Source of the DNA: Candidatus Eiseniibacteriota bacterium
GTDB lineage: Bacteria; Eisenbacteria; RBG-16-71-46
Direction: 5' to 3'
Assembly: GCA_031364845.1 (NCBI GenBank)
Contig: JANLWX010000075.1
Location: forward strand, 1 to 64,000
Length of the DNA stretch: 64,000 nt
Numbering within the stretch: position 1 is the first letter of the stretch; the number at the start of each line of letters is the position of its first letter. Position numbers and translations under genes: made by a program. The notes under the pieces were generated by a model that was given only the letters and a program-made list of their open reading frames with translations, was not told the origin of the DNA and ran no database searches. Below, piece after piece: positions 54,670 through 64,000 of the stretch.

Positions 54670-56906
54670 TGGAGGATTACGAACCGCGTCAACTCGTTGC
54701 CTTGAGAGCGCAGTCGTGCGAGATATACGCCCGGACGGACGCCGACAGCTCGCCAGTTCCACGTGACTGTCTGAGTGCCAGGGTCCCCGCCAATCACCAC
54801 TGCATCGACTCTCCGACCAGTGATGTCGAACACGTCGATAGCATCACTGCTTGCTTGCGCGCCACCGAGGACGAACTCCACCGGTCCCGTTGTCGGGCTC
54901 CGGCGTATGTGCAAGCGACTCGGCTCCAGGGGCGGAGTGCCGTTCACGCCGATCGTGGCTGTGTGCGTGACCGAGACTGATTGTCCGGAACCAGAATAGT
55001 TCACGTCGTAAACGTTGCCCCTGGGCCCGACCGTCGTGTCAGCGATGTCGTCAGAGACGAAAATGCCAGTTGAGTTGTAATTGTTCACGCTCATCGAAAG
55101 GCCATCGTCGGAATAGACATTCACGGTGTAATGCCCGTCGACGGTATTCGGAATGTCGATGTCGTAGCCTGTGATGGGATCATCCACATCGCCGCCATTG
55201 TCGTGTTCGGACGATAGAGCCTCGATCGAGGCGCCGGGAATCTCGGAGACACTTTCGTCCGTGCTGGCATCCCGGAGCATGCGCCGCCCTACGGGGTCGA
55301 TGACTTCGACCCGTCGAGCACCGCTGGCGAGGATAGCGAGTCCAGGGGGATCGTTCCCCGCAATAACGTTGCCCTCGGTCTCCAGCGCGGCCGTCGGGAC
55401 TACATAGCGCGCCAGCTTGAATGTGTTCCGGTACTTGCCCTCGATGAGTTTGGTGAAGTTCCTGTTGTCGAAAGGGTCCTTGATTACGTACGTCCCTCGT
55501 GCGCTTCCATCTGGGCGGAACGACGATGTCCAACCTGACGCGACGACCATGTGACCCGGCACGTGCACTTGCACGGCCATGTCTCGCACCAACAGGCTTT
55601 CGACCTGTGCGGCGAGCCGCGGCGAATCGTCAAGCTCGATCGAGTGAAGCTGATTGCCGGTGAAGCCGTCAGCGACACGAGGGATCATGTTCCAGTAGAC
55701 GCGGCCGGGATCGCCCACCGAGGGCACCGTGGCGCTGTGCATCATTGCCCGAGTCGCTTGCCCGTTTCGGCCAGCCACAGTCACCAGATACGTCGCGAGT
55801 GGGTTCGTGAACCTTCCGTCTTCGACGAGAAATCGGTCGCCAACGTTCAGGGTTGTCCCGCCAGTGGCCGTGTAGTGGATGGTGGCACCTCCTGACACAA
55901 CCAAGGTGACTTCAGCCACTTGGTCCGGCTGGTAACCTTCGTTCTGCTGGAGATACGTGTTGAGTCCGTTGACCGTGCACGGAAAGCCAGCGTAGGTGTA
56001 GTTCATCGCCATCGACGCAACTTGGCAGGCCGTGAAGTTTGTCGTGCGACGCGAGCCGACGGGAACGCCGCCGAACATGTAGCCACCGTGAGCCACGTTC
56101 GTTGATTGTGACAACCTTACGACCGGCTGCGACGACGCGTTCACGACGGTAAAGTTCGGCCAGACCGAGAGGCCGGAGAACCGTGATCCAGCGTAGACAT
56201 GCGGCACGAACGAGCTGCAGAAGTGATCCAGCAACGTGCCTTCGACACGAATGCTCGCGATCCTCTTGGCGCGTTTGCCCTTAGGCAGGAGGAACTCCTG
56301 CGCGTCCAGATAGGCGTCACTGTTCTCGTAGATGTACGCAGTGCGCGCGTCCGTCGGCCGCGTCTCGTAGATCGGTCGATTCGTGCCACACGTGAGCGGG
56401 CCCGAGTCGAAGAAGTCGCGCACGAACGTGCCGACGTTGAGGCGGGCGATTGTGGTGTCACCATCGACGTACGTGACAGTCGCTCTTGCTAGTGTCTTAC
56501 CAAAATCATTGAAGGGAGTAGTGCCGTTGTAGATGTTGACGCCCATCAGTATCGAGCCGAGCGAGGTAGCGAACTGGGGCGGTGAAACGGTATACGTCGA
56601 GAAGGACTGCGTCTGCGTGGCGTTGACCTCGAAGTAGATCGCGTCCTTGGCGAAGCTGTTGAAGATCGCCATTGTGTCCGACGAGCCAGGCGTCGGCCTC
56701 ATCACCAGCAGCGGCGGAGGGCTGGCGAGCGACGACGGATAGAGGGCAAAGTTCGCGTGATCGGTCGTGTTCGTGGACGACGTTCGGTCGGCGTAGAGAC
56801 TGAACGTCTTGAAGGCGGCCGCATCGTTGGTCGGAGTTCGACCCGCTGCCGGGAAAGCGCAGATCGCGATGGCCACGAGGGCGGAGGAAATCGGCGTCGC
56901 TTTCAT
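54666..56906 (-). CDS. Secreted protein with C39-like papain-fold peptidase and degenerate FlgD/T9SS-like tail
   Basis: TACQVASMAM, GHMVVASG and IKDP; tail VFDITGRRV...GVYLARL. Confidence 0.68.
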   Translation of the reverse strand: MKATPISSALVAIAICAFPAAGRTPTNDAAAFKTFSLYADRTSSTNTTDHANFALYPSSLASPPPLLVMRPTPGSSDTMAIFNSFAKDAIYFEVNATQTQSFSTYTVSPPQFATSLGSILMGVNIYNGTTPFNDFGKTLARATVTYVDGDTTIARLNVGTFVRDFFDSGPLTCGTNRPIYETRPTDARTAYIYENSDAYLDAQEFLLPKGKRAKRIASIRVEGTLLDHFCSSFVPHVYAGSRFSGLSVWPNFTVVNASSQPVVRLSQSTNVAHGGYMFGGVPVGSRRTTNFTACQVASMAMNYTYAGFPCTVNGLNTYLQQNEGYQPDQVAEVTLVVSGGATIHYTATGGTTLNVGDRFLVEDGRFTNPLATYLVTVAGRNGQATRAMMHSATVPSVGDPGRVYWNMIPRVADGFTGNQLHSIELDDSPRLAAQVESLLVRDMAVQVHVPGHMVVASGWTSSFRPDGSARGTYVIKDPFDNRNFTKLIEGKYRNTFKLARYVVPTAALETEGNVIAGNDPPGLAILASGARRVEVIDPVGRRMLRDASTDESVSEIPGASIEALSSEHDNGGDVDDPITGYDIDIPNTVDGHYTVNVYSDDGLSMSVNNYNSTGIFVSDDIADTTVGPRGNVYDVNYSGSGQSVSVTHTATIGVNGTPPLEPSRLHIRRSPTTGPVEFVLGGAQASSDAIDVFDITGRRVDAVVIGGDPGTQTVTWNWRAVGVRPGVYLARLRSQGNELTRFVILH

Positions 56907-57100
56907 GGTCGATCCTCTCTTCGTGGATTGAGCGAGCCTGCAAAGAGGAGACTGGCGCCGCCTCCGGAAGCAGGATAGCCCTGAACAGACCGTCGCCATG
57001 TGAATTCTGCCGTTCGAAACGACTTCGATGAGACTCCCTGGCTGAGATTCGCCTCGTATGCCGCGAAACCTTTTCCGACTGGGGCCGCCGCACCGCAACG

Positions 57101-57130
57101 AAAAAGCCCCGGCACTCGGGTGCCGGGGCT
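57101..57130 (-). terminator. Rho-independent terminator of the HU gene
   Basis: 11-bp stem AGCCCCGGCAC/GTGCCGGGGCT with a 4-nt loop, followed by a T-run on the minus strand. Confidence 0.88.
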
Positions 57131-57153
57131 CTTTCACAAAATCGGGGTGCGGT

Positions 57154-57435
57154 CTACTTGAGGGCCAGCTCCTTCATCGCCTTCGCGATCCGGAACTTGA
57201 GCACGGTCTTCGCCGGGATCTTGATCGCTTCGCCGGTCTGCGGATTGCGACCCATGCGGGCCTTGCGCTTCACGACCACGAGCTTGCCGACGCCCGGGAA
57301 CACGAAGCCATTCTTCGCCTGCTTCGCCGCGAGCACCGCGAGCTCTTCCAGAATCAGCGTGCTCTGCTTCTTCGTGAGCTCGAACTTGTCCGCGAGGTGA
57401 CCCGCGATCTGCGACTTCGTCATCATCTTGGCCAT
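57154..57435 (-). CDS. hup: HU family DNA-binding protein
   Basis: MTKSQI, PGVGKL and RKARMGRNPQTGEAIKIPAK motifs. Confidence 0.95.
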   Translation of the reverse strand: MAKMMTKSQIAGHLADKFELTKKQSTLILEELAVLAAKQAKNGFVFPGVGKLVVVKRKARMGRNPQTGEAIKIPAKTVLKFRIAKAMKELALK

Positions 57436-57780
57436 CGAGTGTCCTCTCCTTCGTAGGGGATTGTGCGGCTGATCGGACGGGCTACCCGTTCCGCTCGTGA
57501 CCCACGTGCAAGCTTCTGGGAATCACGAGCCGCTCGAGCGTGTGCCCTAGCCAAGGCGGGGTATAGCAATTTCAGCCGCGAATTCAAAGGCAATTTTCAC
57601 GTGCAGGGCCGCCCGACACAGATTTTACGCGGGAAAATCCAAGCATGAACCGGGCCCGCATGGATCGAGGGTGAAACGCATGTCGGCGCGTTGGAGGGTC
57701 GGCGAGGTCGGAATGCGCCCGATCGATGATCGCCGCGTGGTGTCGTTCATGAACGCGCGCGACGCGAAATGAATCGTCGC

Positions 57781-60378
57781 TCACTCGACGCGCACGAGTC
57801 TCCGCGTCGACGACCATCCGTCGGCGGAGGCGCGCGCGAAGTAGACTCCGGCGGGCATCGAACGTCCGCGCGCATCGTCTCCGTTCCACGTGAGCGCGTG
57901 GCGTCCGGGCGCAAACGAGCGTTCGCCCAGCGTGCGAACGCGACGGCCCGATGCGTCGTAGATCGCTACAGTGATGGAAGTTGATCGCGAAACTGCGATC
58001 GTGAATCCGGCCGCAGATCGGAACGGATTGGGGCCCGACGACGTGAACTCGAGCCGCTCGGAAGACGGCGTTTCGACCGCGACGGGAAGCTCGTTCAGGT
58101 CGAGCCGCCACTGCGATCGGCCGTGTGTGGCGGCCACCAGCGAGCGCGACGACGCGTGAAACGAGAGGTCGTGCACGGTCTGAAGCGGCATCCCCTGGCC
58201 GAGCGGAAACCATCCCGCGCCGTGGTTTCGCGTCGCCCACGCTCCGACGTCGGTGGCGGCGAACCACGTCCCGGGATGGGCCGGATCGACCACCAGATCG
58301 TTGACCGGGGCGTCCGGAAGATTTCCTCCCACGCCCGACCAATTCGCTCCGCGGTCGAGGCTCCGGAACACATGCGGGACGTGTTCGTCCTGCGTGAACC
58401 CGGACAGCGTGACGTAGCAGGTGTTGGGATTCGTCGGGTCGGCGACGACGCGCGACACCCAGCGGCGCGGAAGTCCGGACGTGATCTCGACCCAGTTGGC
58501 ACCCGCGTTGGTCGAGCGCCACACGCGACCGTCGTCGGTGCCGGCGAGGTAGAAGCTGCCGTCGGCGGCCGAGATGTCGAGCGTGGTGATGGTGCCGTAG
58601 TTGAGCTGCGAGGCGGGATTGGTCGAGAGATCGCCGCTCACCGGCGTCCAGTTGAGGCCGTTGTTCACGCTCTTGTAGACCCGCTGGCTGCCGGCGATCA
58701 GGATGTTGTGGTTCACGGGATCCATCACGAACGGCGCGTTCCAGTTGTAGCGATCGCTGGTGACGAATCCGGCCGGCGTCGAGAAACTGGCGCCTCCGTT
58801 TCCCGAGCGCTGCGGGCCGGTGCCGCCGGAGGCGTTCTGGTACTCGGCGAAGATCACGCTCGGATTCGTGTGGTCGACCAGACAGTAGAATCCGTCGCCG
58901 CCGAGGATCGCGTTCCATGCGTTCGCCGGGCCGTTGGTGAGCAGCGTGTTGTTATCCTGCGTTCCGCCGAGCAGCCGCGCGGGATTCGAGGGGTCGATCG
59001 CTCCCGCATAGAACTGCGTGATCGGAAGTCCGCTCGCGAACGCCCACGTCGAAGCACCGTTGGTCGTGGTGTAGAAGCCGCCGTCGTTGCCCGAGTACAT
59101 GCGCATCGGATCCACCTTGGAGATCCACAGCGCGTGCTGGTCGACGTGGACCCCGCTCGAGACCGACGAGAAGTTCACGCCGCCGTTGGTCGAGCGCATG
59201 ATGTTGAGCCCGAGCGAGTACACGATGTCGGAATTCGTGGGATCGACCGCGCAGTCCCCGAAATACCAGCCGAACCCGCCGAATCCTCCGGTGAATCCGC
59301 TCACATCGCGCCGCGCCCATGAGCTGCCGCCGTCGGTCGAGCGGTAGAGCCCGCGCCCCACGTAGCCGAGTCCGCGGCCCGTGATGATCTGCGCGTAGAT
59401 CATCGACGGGCGCGACGGCGCGATCGCGAGTCCGATGCGCCCGACCGAGTCGGACGGTGTCGGCAGTCCGCCGGCGAGCCGCGTCCACGAAGCGCCGCGA
59501 TCGGCACTGCGCCAGATACCGCAGCCCGGTCCTTCCGCGCGCCGCGCGGTTGGACGCCGCACGCGTTCCCACGTCGCGCAGAACACCGTCTCGGGATGCG
59601 CCGGGTTGACGACGACATCGCACACGCCGGTGCTGTCGTTCACGAACAGGGTCCTGGTCCACGTGAGCCCGGCGTCGGTCGAGCGGTAGAAACCGCGATC
59701 GGGACCGGTCGAGAACTGCGTGCCCATCGCCGCGACGTGGATCACGGACGGATCGGAAGGATCGACCGCGACCCGCGCGATGCGCGCGGTCGCCGCGAGC
59801 CCCAGGTGCTCCCAGTCGAGGCCGCCGTTGCGCGTGCGATAGAGCCCGTTGCCGTCGTAGTTGTCGATCGCGGTGTTCGATTCTCCGGTGCCGACATAGA
59901 CCACGTTCGCATCGAGCGGATCCATCGCCAGCGCGCCGATCGAAGGCACGCCGAGCGCGTCGAACACCGGCGACCACGAACTGCCGAAGTCGCTCGAGCG
60001 GAACACGCCGCCGTTGGCGGCGCCGAAGTAGGCCGGATTGCCCGAAGGTGCCGCGACGATCGCCGCGATGCGCCCGCCGATGTTGGTCGGGCCCGCCATC
60101 TGCCACGTCAGCAGGCCTGCGTTCACGGCGAACGGCGACGATGCGTCCGACGCCACCGCCGCGCGCTCGACCCGCGCATGCTCGAGTGCGGCAAGCCAGC
60201 GTTGCTGCGGGATCGAATCGAGCGGGAACGCGCGCTGCTGCCCGAACCAGTCACCGGGGTAGAGCATCGCCGACGCTGCCGTCGCCGGTGGCGGGGTGGG
60301 TACCGGGCGATCGAGCACGATGAGGCTCGCGAGCGACAGTGCCACGACGGACAGCGCGTGCGACCGGTTCGTTCTCAT
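57781..60378 (-). CDS. BNR/sortilin-like beta-propeller protein with FlgD/T9SS-like tail
   Basis: GPTNIGGRI, Asp-box repeats, HVDQH, GGTQDN and GGDGF motifs; PNPF...YDASGRRVR...GVYF. Confidence 0.85.
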   Translation of the reverse strand: MRTNRSHALSVVALSLASLIVLDRPVPTPPPATAASAMLYPGDWFGQQRAFPLDSIPQQRWLAALEHARVERAAVASDASSPFAVNAGLLTWQMAGPTNIGGRIAAIVAAPSGNPAYFGAANGGVFRSSDFGSSWSPVFDALGVPSIGALAMDPLDANVVYVGTGESNTAIDNYDGNGLYRTRNGGLDWEHLGLAATARIARVAVDPSDPSVIHVAAMGTQFSTGPDRGFYRSTDAGLTWTRTLFVNDSTGVCDVVVNPAHPETVFCATWERVRRPTARRAEGPGCGIWRSADRGASWTRLAGGLPTPSDSVGRIGLAIAPSRPSMIYAQIITGRGLGYVGRGLYRSTDGGSSWARRDVSGFTGGFGGFGWYFGDCAVDPTNSDIVYSLGLNIMRSTNGGVNFSSVSSGVHVDQHALWISKVDPMRMYSGNDGGFYTTTNGASTWAFASGLPITQFYAGAIDPSNPARLLGGTQDNNTLLTNGPANAWNAILGGDGFYCLVDHTNPSVIFAEYQNASGGTGPQRSGNGGASFSTPAGFVTSDRYNWNAPFVMDPVNHNILIAGSQRVYKSVNNGLNWTPVSGDLSTNPASQLNYGTITTLDISAADGSFYLAGTDDGRVWRSTNAGANWVEITSGLPRRWVSRVVADPTNPNTCYVTLSGFTQDEHVPHVFRSLDRGANWSGVGGNLPDAPVNDLVVDPAHPGTWFAATDVGAWATRNHGAGWFPLGQGMPLQTVHDLSFHASSRSLVAATHGRSQWRLDLNELPVAVETPSSERLEFTSSGPNPFRSAAGFTIAVSRSTSITVAIYDASGRRVRTLGERSFAPGRHALTWNGDDARGRSMPAGVYFARASADGWSSTRRLVRVE

Positions 60379-60403
60379 CGGATCCGCCCTGGCGAGATGC
60401 AAT

Positions 60404-60435
60404 GACGGCCGGCGAAGGATCCTCCGCCGGCCGTC
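60404..60435. terminator. Intergenic GC hairpin between the paralogous propeller genes
   Basis: GACGGCCGGCG-N10-CGCCGGCCGTC; no U-tract. Confidence 0.5.
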
Positions 60436-60450
60436 GCATGATGGATGTGG

Positions 60451-63063
60451 CTACTGGGTTCGAACGATGCGCTTGTGCTGGCTTCCGCCCGGAGACTGCG
60501 CGCGCACGAAGTACACGCCCGCGCGGGTCGCGCGCCCCGCCGCATCGCGGCCGTCCCACTTGAACGTGTGGCGTCCCGCGGCGAGTTCACCTTCGTGGAT
60601 CTCGCGCACGCGCCGTCCCATCGCGTCGAACACCCCGAGCGCCACCTTGGCCTCGTTCGGGAGCGTCATGGCGAAGCTCACGTCGCCACGGCTCGGATTG
60701 GGGCTCGGCGCCGACAGGGCGACCTTCGCTGCGGCGTCCGGCTTGCCGACCGCGACCGGCATCTGTGCGAGGTCGAGCTTCCACATCGAGCGGCCGTGCG
60801 TGCCCGCGAACAGAATGCGCGCGTTGTTGTGGAGGTAGAGATCGTGGATTGCCTGGAATGGCAGGCCCTGGCCGAGCGGATACCACGATGCGCCGCCGTT
60901 CTGCGTCGTGTACACGCCGAGGTCGGTGCCCGCGTACAGGCGGTTGGTATCGAAGTTGTCGGGCAGGATGTCGTTCACCGGCGCGTTCGGCAGATCGCCC
61001 GAGATGTTCGTCCACGTGTCGCCCTTGTCGGTGCTCTTGTAGACGTGCACCGGCACCTCATTGCTGCCATTGAATCCCGACAGCGAGCAATACACCGTGC
61101 TCGCGTCGAAGTTGTCGGCGGTCACGCGCGTGACGTAACGAATCGGCAGGCCGAGCGACTTGTCGGTCCAGTTCGAGCCGCCGTCGGTCGATCGATACAC
61201 CTTTCCGTTGCTCGACCCGGAGTAGTAGACCTGTGGATCAACGGGCGAGATGGAAAGCGTGCTGATGGTGCCGAACGGACGCGAAGAGGATGCGTTGAAC
61301 GCGAGGTCTCCGCTCACGACGAAGTAGGAGAGTCCGTTGTTCGTGCTCTTGTAGACCCGGTGCGAGCCGGCGAGCATGATGTTGTGGTCGAGCGCGCTCA
61401 TCACGTACGGCGAATTCCAGTTGTAACGATCGGCGCCGTTGAAGCCGCCTGGGGCGGTGTAGCTGCCCGCCGCACCGCCAGTCGACGAACGCAGCGGACC
61501 GAGGCCGCCGGACATGAACTGAGATTCCGTGAACACGATGTTGGGATCGGTGTGATCGATGAGGCAGTAGAAGCCGTCACCGCCCTGCACCGCCGCCCAT
61601 GAATTCGGACCGCCGGCTCCCATCAGCGAGTTGTTGTCCTGCGTGCCGCCCATCATGCGCGCGGCGTTCGAAGGATCGGCGGTGATCGCGTAGAACTGGC
61701 TGAACGGCTGCGTCGTGCTCTTGGTCCACGAGGTCCCGCCGATCACCGTTCGATAGAATCCGCCATCCGTCCCGAGGTGGATGCTGTTGCCGCTGGGGAC
61801 CGCCGGATTGATCCAGATCGCGTGGTTGTCGACGTGCGCGTTGCTGGTGATCGAATTCCAGACCGCGCCGCCGTCGGTGGACTTCATCAGGCTCACGCCG
61901 AGTGCGTAGACCTTCTCGGAGTTGGTCGGATCCACGGCCATGGTGCCGAAATACCATCCGAAGCCGCCGAAGCTGCCGGGGAAGGAGGCGCCACTGCGCT
62001 TTACCCACGAGGCGCCGCCGTCGGTCGAGCGGTACATGCCGCGACCGGTGTAGCCCATCGCTGAGCCTCCGATGATCTGGGCGTAGATGGTCGAGAGCTT
62101 GGACGGAGCATAGGCGAGTGCGATGCGGTCGGTGCTGTCGCTCGAGGCCGGAAGGCCTTCCGCAACGCCGAGCCGGGTCCAGCTCGTGCCGTTGTCGACG
62201 CTGCGGTAGATCGCCGACTCGGTGGCCGGGCTCGGCCCGAAGTCCCACATCGATGCGAACAGCGACTCGGGGTGCGCCGGGTTCATGATGATGTCGGCGC
62301 CGTAGGTCGAGTTGTCGACAAACAGGCGCTGCGACCAGGTCAGTCCGCCGTCTTCGGAGCGCCAGATGCCGTGGTTGCTGTTGGACTGGAAGATCGAGCC
62401 CGCGCCCGCGAGCAGGATACGCTGCGGGTTCTGCGGATCGACCACGATGCGGTTGATGCGCTTCACTTGCGTGAGGCCCAGGTGTTCCCACGTCACACCG
62501 GCGTCGGTCGAGCGATAGACGCCGTTGCCGTCATAGGTGTCGACCGCCGGGTTCGACTCGCCGGTGCCGACATAGATCGTGCTGGAGTTGGTCGGATCGA
62601 GCGCGATCGCTCCGATCGAGAACGCGCTGAAGTCGTCGAAGATCGCCGTGAACAAGCTGCCGCTGTTGGTGGACTTGAAAACACCGCCGTTCGCCGAGCC
62701 GGCATAGATGGTGGCACCGCCCGGAACCACCGCCAGCGACGTGATGCGTCCGCCGATGTTCGTGGGCCCCGCGAGTTGCCACTCGAGCACCCCGGCGCTG
62801 GTCGAGAGCCGCATCGCCTCGTGATCCATGAGCGCCTGCTGGAGGGCTGCTTCGTAGGCATCGACCGGAATGGTGTTGCCCGGGAACGCGCGCTGCTCGA
62901 ACCAGTACTGGCTGGGACGGGTCCCGAACATCTTGCCGTTGGCCGCGGTCTTGGCCGCGATCGTGGGTGCCTCCGCCGGACGGTGGGTCACCTTGTAGCC
63001 GACGAACGCCGTCAGGGCGATCAGGAGCGCGCCGGTTGCGAGTCGTGTCTTGTGGGTTGCCAT
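60451..63063 (-). CDS. BNR/sortilin-like beta-propeller protein with FlgD/T9SS-like tail (paralog of 57781-60378)
   Basis: Same motif order: QRAFP, GPTNIGGRI, FGGFGWYFG, HVDNH, GGTQDN, RYNWN, THGRS. Confidence 0.85.
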   Translation of the reverse strand: MATHKTRLATGALLIALTAFVGYKVTHRPAEAPTIAAKTAANGKMFGTRPSQYWFEQRAFPGNTIPVDAYEAALQQALMDHEAMRLSTSAGVLEWQLAGPTNIGGRITSLAVVPGGATIYAGSANGGVFKSTNSGSLFTAIFDDFSAFSIGAIALDPTNSSTIYVGTGESNPAVDTYDGNGVYRSTDAGVTWEHLGLTQVKRINRIVVDPQNPQRILLAGAGSIFQSNSNHGIWRSEDGGLTWSQRLFVDNSTYGADIIMNPAHPESLFASMWDFGPSPATESAIYRSVDNGTSWTRLGVAEGLPASSDSTDRIALAYAPSKLSTIYAQIIGGSAMGYTGRGMYRSTDGGASWVKRSGASFPGSFGGFGWYFGTMAVDPTNSEKVYALGVSLMKSTDGGAVWNSITSNAHVDNHAIWINPAVPSGNSIHLGTDGGFYRTVIGGTSWTKSTTQPFSQFYAITADPSNAARMMGGTQDNNSLMGAGGPNSWAAVQGGDGFYCLIDHTDPNIVFTESQFMSGGLGPLRSSTGGAAGSYTAPGGFNGADRYNWNSPYVMSALDHNIMLAGSHRVYKSTNNGLSYFVVSGDLAFNASSSRPFGTISTLSISPVDPQVYYSGSSNGKVYRSTDGGSNWTDKSLGLPIRYVTRVTADNFDASTVYCSLSGFNGSNEVPVHVYKSTDKGDTWTNISGDLPNAPVNDILPDNFDTNRLYAGTDLGVYTTQNGGASWYPLGQGLPFQAIHDLYLHNNARILFAGTHGRSMWKLDLAQMPVAVGKPDAAAKVALSAPSPNPSRGDVSFAMTLPNEAKVALGVFDAMGRRVREIHEGELAAGRHTFKWDGRDAAGRATRAGVYFVRAQSPGGSQHKRIVRTQ

Positions 63064-63239
63064 ATGTCGGGAGCTCCGAAGGTAGAGGCCAATTCGAGGG
63101 GGACTGGCGCAGCCGGAATTGAGCGAGGAAAGTGTAAGGTGAACGACACGCGGGGCGCCACCCCCAAGTTCCGGACGCGTCAGGGGACGGGGCGACCGTC
63201 GAAAAACACGCAATTTCGCGCATTTCAAAGGGGACCCAC

Positions 63240-64000
63240 GTGATCGTCATGAAGTTCGGGGGCACCTCGGTCGGCATCCCCGATCACTTCCGGATCGCCG
63301 TACAGGAAGTCGCGAGGCGCAAGGACCAGACTCCGGTCGTCGTCGTCAGCGCGCTCTCCGGCGTCACGAATCTCCTGGCCGAATTCTGCTCGGCCCCGGC
63401 CCGCCGGACCGCAACGACGGCGGCGCTGATCGACCGCCACGTGGACTTCGCGCGCGAGGTCGGCGTCGAGCCCGTCACACTCGCCGACGCCCTCGACGCC
63501 CTGCGCGACGACCTCGAACGCGCCCCGGCGGGCAAGCCGACGCCCGAAGCCCGCGACCGGATCTTGTCGCACGGCGAGCGCCTGTCGTCCGATCTGTTCG
63601 CCGCCGGGCTGCGCGGCGCGGGGCTCGACGCCACGGCCGTCGTCGCGGGTGATGCGGGGCTCGTCACCGACGAACGCTTCGGCGCCGCCCACCCGCTCCC
63701 CGAGGCGCCGGCGCTGCTGCGGGCTTCGCTCGGCGGGCGCTCCGACATTCCGGTGGTCACCGGATTTCTCGGCCGCACGATCGACGGCCGCACGACCACG
63801 TTGGGGCGCGGCGGATCGGACTATTCCGCTGCGTTGATCGGCGCGGCACTCGGTGCTGCGGAGATCCAGATCTGGACCGACACCAGCGGCATGCTGTCCG
63901 CCGATCCGCGCATCGTCGCCGAAGCGCGCCCGGTGCCGCGACTGTCGTTCGCCGAGGCGAGTGAGTTGGCGTACTTCGGCGCGCGCGTGCTGCATCCGAA
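63240..64000 (+). CDS. lysC: Aspartate kinase, 3' truncated by the window edge
   Basis: GTG-IVMKFGGTSV, VVVSA, GERLSS, TTLGRGGSDYSA, WTD, ADPR and ELAYFGARVLHP motifs. Confidence 0.93.
   Translation, partial: MIVMKFGGTSVGIPDHFRIAVQEVARRKDQTPVVVVSALSGVTNLLAEFCSAPARRTATTAALIDRHVDFAREVGVEPVTLADALDALRDDLERAPAGKPTPEARDRILSHGERLSSDLFAAGLRGAGLDATAVVAGDAGLVTDERFGAAHPLPEAPALLRASLGGRSDIPVVTGFLGRTIDGRTTTLGRGGSDYSAALIGAALGAAEIQIWTDTSGMLSADPRIVAEARPVPRLSFAEASELAYFGARVLHP

Noticed and set aside
63225..63995. Minus-strand 256-aa ORF at the window end
   Set aside because: It is antisense to a clear aspartate kinase that is missing from the ORF track only because it has no stop in the window.

Overview
High-GC, gene-dense bacterial window from a diderm. 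The FlgD/T9SS-like C-terminal tails and a Fibrobacter-type LexA box suggest Candidatus Eisenbacteria or a related FCB-adjacent lineage (inference). The backbone is housekeeping: MBL hydrolase, moaD/moaE, queG with an in-frame TAA, trxB-ETF:QO-TPAT/TRAP transporter, a MacAB-like ABC exporter, ferredoxin, hddA/gmhA heptose genes, GT4/Wzx, HU and a partial lysC. The main find is an ~8.2 kb integrase-less island flanked by a 69-bp imperfect direct repeat of the dnaE2 3' end (31374-31442 and 39665-39733). It carries a poly-gamma-glutamate operon (pgsB-pgsC-pgsW) extended by a beta-propeller, a duplicated-domain secreted protein, a predicted outer-membrane barrel and a c-type cytochrome lipoprotein, which may be a diderm PGA export system. 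Next to it is an SOS-boxed mutagenesis cassette (DUF6504-like, small coupled ORF, dinB, single-TM protein, dnaE2) lacking imuA/imuB. Other items: a PARG-like macrodomain, a C39-like peptidase/lipoprotein pair sharing a domain, a doubly frameshifted toxin beside an intact antitoxin, two probable non-canonical start codons, and an IS end at the window start. All family assignments come from motif recognition by eye, not database searches.
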